Shown here: positions 60,280 to 64,000 of the stretch, one piece after another
Position numbering within the stretch: position 1 is the first letter of the stretch
Layout of the letters: each line of letters starts with the position of its first letter
From: Hydrolagus affinis
Lineage: Eukaryota
Direction: 5' to 3'
Length of the DNA stretch: 64,000 nt
NCBI GenBank assembly: GCA_012026655.1
Contig: JAAILG010000804.1
Span: forward strand, 1-64,000
The notes under the pieces: generated by a model
What the model was told of the DNA's origin: nothing
What the model saw: only the letters and a program-made list of their open reading frames with translations
Database searches by the model: none
Translations under genes and position numbers: made by a program

Positions 60280-61119
60280 ATAATATACTGTATACAGTAC
60301 CGTTGTATACATGTAGCCTTACGAATGGGGAAGAAGACTTTTATAAATTAATTAATAAATAACTTCTCACTAAGTTCAAATAATTCCATCAAATTATTAT
60401 TAGTTAAAATAATTCCATTAAATTCCTGACAAGAGCACATTGAAGCAACACTGTCAAATAACTAACACCTTTCCAACAATTGTAACACAAGCTCCCTGAT
60501 AGATTGCACTGATAGATGGAAAAGGGCGGTAGCCTTACTTTAGGTGATAAACCATGAAAGTGCAGGCGTTACGTCAATGTTTGTAGCAGTGTAGTAACTG
60601 TGGCGAAACGTAAATATTCCTTTGTTAAATATTTTGTAAAAACTGAGTGTGAAAATAATAGTGAAGTAGTTCTCGCTTTAAATTTAATTTCCTGGCAGCA
60701 TGTGGAAGGAAGTTAGGCAAACATGCCCTCTGCTGGCACCTGTGATTGTTACTACAGCCTTAAATTGATGAGTGAAGTGAAGTACAGTACTGCATCCAGG
60801 AAGGGGACTCAAGGGCATCTAGTCTTACCTTGGAATAACTTTTTTTGATATTTAATACTAACACTTAATGGACTGGTTAGGTCACTGGCATTTGGAGTTA
60901 TTTCGCAATCCTCCTACGCAAGGGTTCTGTATTTGTTGCTGCACTGCAGAGGGCTGCCATCGTACAACCCGCTCATTCCTAATCAGAACCAGCACTCTTC
61001 CAGTGAACATAACTAGCCCTATCTATGTCTGACTGTATGTAATACTGTCATAGATATGCACCTCATATTGCAAAGTATTCATTTATCAATCGTAAAGTGA
61101 CTGTTGCAGTGCTGGCAGC

Positions 61120-61365
61120 GCGAAACCTTGGTCACGTTTCCTTACTCCACACACCTAATAATAATCCCTCAAGAAGAAAAAAAATAATAAATTAATCACT
61201 TCAATCCACGACTGTTTTGGGTCACTGCTGTATGCAATTGGCTGCCGCATTTCACCCACAAATATAGTTAATTCACTTTATGGTACAGTATACTCTGGGA
61301 AGCGATTTGAGACATTTAGAAGATGTAAAAAGCGCTGTATCAAATGCAAGGATTATTATTATTAT
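61120..61365 (+). mobile_element. tRNA/L2-tail SINE, 5'-truncated
   Basis: gcgaaaccttgg..core..tail. Confidence 0.87.
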
Positions 61366-61565
61366 TCTTGTGCTGCCAGTGCAACAAATTGATTTTGAGT
61401 TGTCAATGTTCCGCTCTTTAAAAAAAAACACTTTAAAAACTTATGAAAGATGAATTAGAAGTGTGATGAACTTTCGTGATGTGCTTCCTATTTTTGAGCA
61501 TATCCTTCTCAACAGGTTATGCTTGTTACAGAGAAACCAAGGCGCAGGCTGGATAAACCCTAACA

Positions 61566-61854
61566 CAGTGGTTCCCAACCTCGTGTTCCGATCCAAATCA
61601 GGGTTGCGGGGGTCCTCAGTAAGGTCGCGAAGGGTCACCACAGAAGAAAAAAAATTCTCATTTTAATGCTGAAAAGTGCCCGAGGCGACACCGCCAACCA
61701 ATTTGTATGAAAGACCGTCCTAGCGAGTTGCGCTGAGTCCACAAAAGAGAAGGAGATATCGTCTTGGCTGAGCTTCGCTTCAGTCGCGCAGTCACCCCCC
61801 CCTAAGGGTCGGTGGCCAATTTAGGGTCACAGCACAAAAAAGGTTAGGAACCAC
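61566..61854. mobile_element. hAT-Charlie-type MITE
   Basis: TIRs CAGTGGTTCCCAACCT ... AGGTTAGGAACCAC (terminal TG missing); 8-bp TSD CCCTAACA/CCCTAACG with central TA; no ORF. Confidence 0.75.
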
Positions 61855-61959
61855 CCCTAACGAGAGGGACAGGAGAGATCAGCCAGGATTCCTGTTGCCA
61901 ATTGCTATTATTTGTTAGAAAGTGAATAGCAAAGATATCAGCTGAGGGCAGGCCCAGGC

Positions 61960-62020
61960 TTTCTCCTCAGATGCTGCCTGACCAGCTGAGTGTTCCCAGC
62001 GATTTCTGTTTTTGTTGCAG
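61960..62020 (+). mobile_element. Fragment of the same repeat (no ribozyme core)
   Basis: cagatgctgcctgaccagctgagtgttcccagcgatttctgtttttg. Confidence 0.55.
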
Positions 62021-62693
62021 CATTGGGCTTGCGTGGGATCCCCTCCATTGGATACTAGCTTGCTGATGCTCGCTGTCTTGGGTCAACTCATTAAAAATGG
62101 CCACTTGGCTCTAATAAATCCCTCTCGTTATTCCAATGTTATTTGGACAGACATCGCAAACTGTCTTCTGGCAAAACCAAAGGTTACATCCCTGGCGCTC
62201 TAAACCAGTTGCCTGTTTGATGAGATTCCTATACGACATTTCATCTTCTGGTTTTGGTAACTTTTTTTTTCCCTCCAAAATTGAGCATTTCTTGTTGTCC
62301 ATCAACACATCAGCCTCTGTTCTCTTCTCCTTTCGAGACGCGCCCTCTGGCTCCTATCCAAACCCCTGTACATACAGTGCTCTCCTGAACCCTAGCTGCA
62401 GGCATTTGTTTTGTTTAATTCTTCCTGTGATTGTATCCGTCTTTGTTGACTCCGAGATCATTTCATTTATGTGTGCCAGAGGCCATGATTCCTTCTGAGG
62501 TGCCCAGCTGTTGGGACGAACCCATAACTGCTTGTGAGGCAGATAGTTGTCTCCTGTTCACAAGGTGAGATTCATTTGATATCCCACCCACCAACCCAGC
62601 TGAGGACTGGCCCAAGCACCTAACATATGTATCGCACACTGCATGTAAATGTATACAAATCAATAAAATATAATCTAATCTACAAACATTTAA

Positions 62694-62734
62694 TGAGTTC
62701 TGACGAAGGGTCGTGGACCCGAAACGTTGACTCA
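62694..62734 (+). ncRNA. Minimal type-I hammerhead ribozyme motif (Penelope-like-element type)
   Basis: TGAGTT-CTGACGA-A-GGGTC-GTG-GACCC-GAAA-CG-TT-GACTCA: conserved CUGANGA and GAAA boxes, 5-bp helix II, 6-bp helix I, palindromic AACGUU in place of helix III. Confidence 0.65.
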
Positions 62735-62826
62735 ACTTTTCCTTTCGGCAAAGATACTGCCTGACCTGCTGAGTGTTCCCAGCCATTTCTGTTTGGGTTT
62801 CAGCGTCTGCAGTATTTTGCCTTTTT
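62694..62826 (+). mobile_element. Hammerhead-bearing short interspersed repeat (Penelope-derived, non-autonomous), one arm
   Basis: Shares sequence with 6847-6995, 54655-54792 and 61960-62020 (cagatgctgcctgacctgctgagtgttcccagc..ttctgttt). Confidence 0.6.
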
Positions 62827-63051
62827 CTAATCCAATCTACCTTTGGCCATTAAACTACTGATTCACCGTATTCAACTACAGTACTAAAGCAACAACTCTT
62901 AGAGATTTAACATCTTAAACCCACTTTGTCTGCCTATCTCAGCAACCTCTGTAAATCACATGACTGTGATGAAAAATGGCCTCAATCTTCTCAAAAGGTT
63001 TGGCAGCGGCTTTGAAATATTCTAGCTTCCCGCAAAGCAGGAAAAGGATAA

Positions 63052-63364
63052 TATTAATAATCCTTGCATTTCATATAGCACTTTTCACATCTCCTAGACA
63101 CCTCAAAGCGCTTCGCAGAATAGACCGTAAAGCGAATTGACTGTATATTTGTGGGAGGAACGCGGCAGCCAATTGCGTTACAGCAGTGTCCTGCAAACAG
63201 TTGTGGATTGAAGTGACCAATTTATCATGGAGGGTTTTTTCCAAGGGATTATTTATGAGGCGTGTGGAGTGAGGAAACTTGCCCAAGGTTTCGCCCTGCC
63301 GGGAATCCAACACAGGTCTCTTGCTTGTAAGGCGAGTGCACTAACCATTGAGCTACAGGACTCC
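63052..63364 (-). mobile_element. tRNA/L2-tail SINE, full length
   Basis: Head, core and tail. Confidence 0.9.
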
Positions 63365-64000
63365 ATGGATGAAAGGATGCAAGGGTGCAAAACAACAGAG
63401 GAGAGTACACATTCAGCAGCTGAGTAAACAGGATTAACAAAAAGAGCAATAATTCATTGCTCAAAACGCTCCTTACTCTACTGTATTTTTGCTGAAGAGA
63501 GCTTTTCTAAAGCAATTTCCCGTTAACTACACATTTCTACCATAAAAGTGGAATTTGCTCGAAAATTACTAGCTCTCCCTAAAAGCAAGGCCTTTATCTA
63601 GTTGGTTGGTAGCATTGTTTTCATTTAGTTGGTGGTCTTATATCTTGACTTTGCCTTTGACAGACAGTGTTTACTTTCTCACACTTCATGTGAAGAGTGG
63701 TTTACAGCACCTGTGAGAGTAACATTTGGGTTTAAATGGAAGCACAATGTATTAAAAGCAAAATGAGCAGCACAAAAAAAAACGGAATCATTGAGCTCAA
63801 CAATTATAACACGAGGTTTGAGAGATAAACCTTTAAAACACACTAAAGCTGCAGACTTCTGCAAGTGGCACTACGTGGCGCTCTGTTGAGTTTACGGAGA
63901 CATGTTTGCTGTGTGGTGGGAATGGTAAATATTTTTCTCTGCGTTCTCCAAGCACTAGCAAGTCTTCCAGTTGAAAAATTGCGGTATGCAAGTCACACGA

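Noticed and set aside
60829-60960. Possible upstream coding exon of the TECR-like gene (minus-strand AAG|gtaag donor)
   Set aside because: The nearby ATG frame stops after 20 codons; it could be a non-coding exon but this cannot be supported from sequence alone

Overview
Vertebrate genomic DNA, most likely from a cartilaginous fish (inferred from the repeat families and protein divergence; a chimaera such as Callorhinchus is plausible). It is not prokaryotic: no operons, CRISPR arrays, rRNA or true tRNA genes were seen. Two convergent genes fill most of the window. (1) On the + strand are 44 coding exons of the photoreceptor retinoid flippase ABCA4, matching human exons 6-49 (158..44411). Their 6645 nt splice into one open frame of 2214 aa; exons 1-5 lie upstream of the window. 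(2) On the - strand is a complete 12-coding-exon very-long-chain enoyl-CoA reductase of the TECR family (57925..47425, 347 aa), probably the non-mammalian 'tecrl2'-type paralogue. Introns carry many copies of a tRNA-headed, L2-tailed SINE, L2 and CR1 LINE fragments, a hAT-Charlie-type MITE and microsatellites. The most interesting observations are: a small fold-back repeat family carrying minimal Penelope-type hammerhead ribozymes (one apparently intact at 62694..62734); a 126-codon Lys/Glu-rich ABCA4 exon built on a 14 x 12-bp coding minisatellite; a six-cysteine exon after NBD1; a GC-AG intron; an extended ABCA4 C-terminus; and back-to-back polyadenylation signals between the two genes. Exon numbers and human comparisons are recalled from knowledge, not computed.
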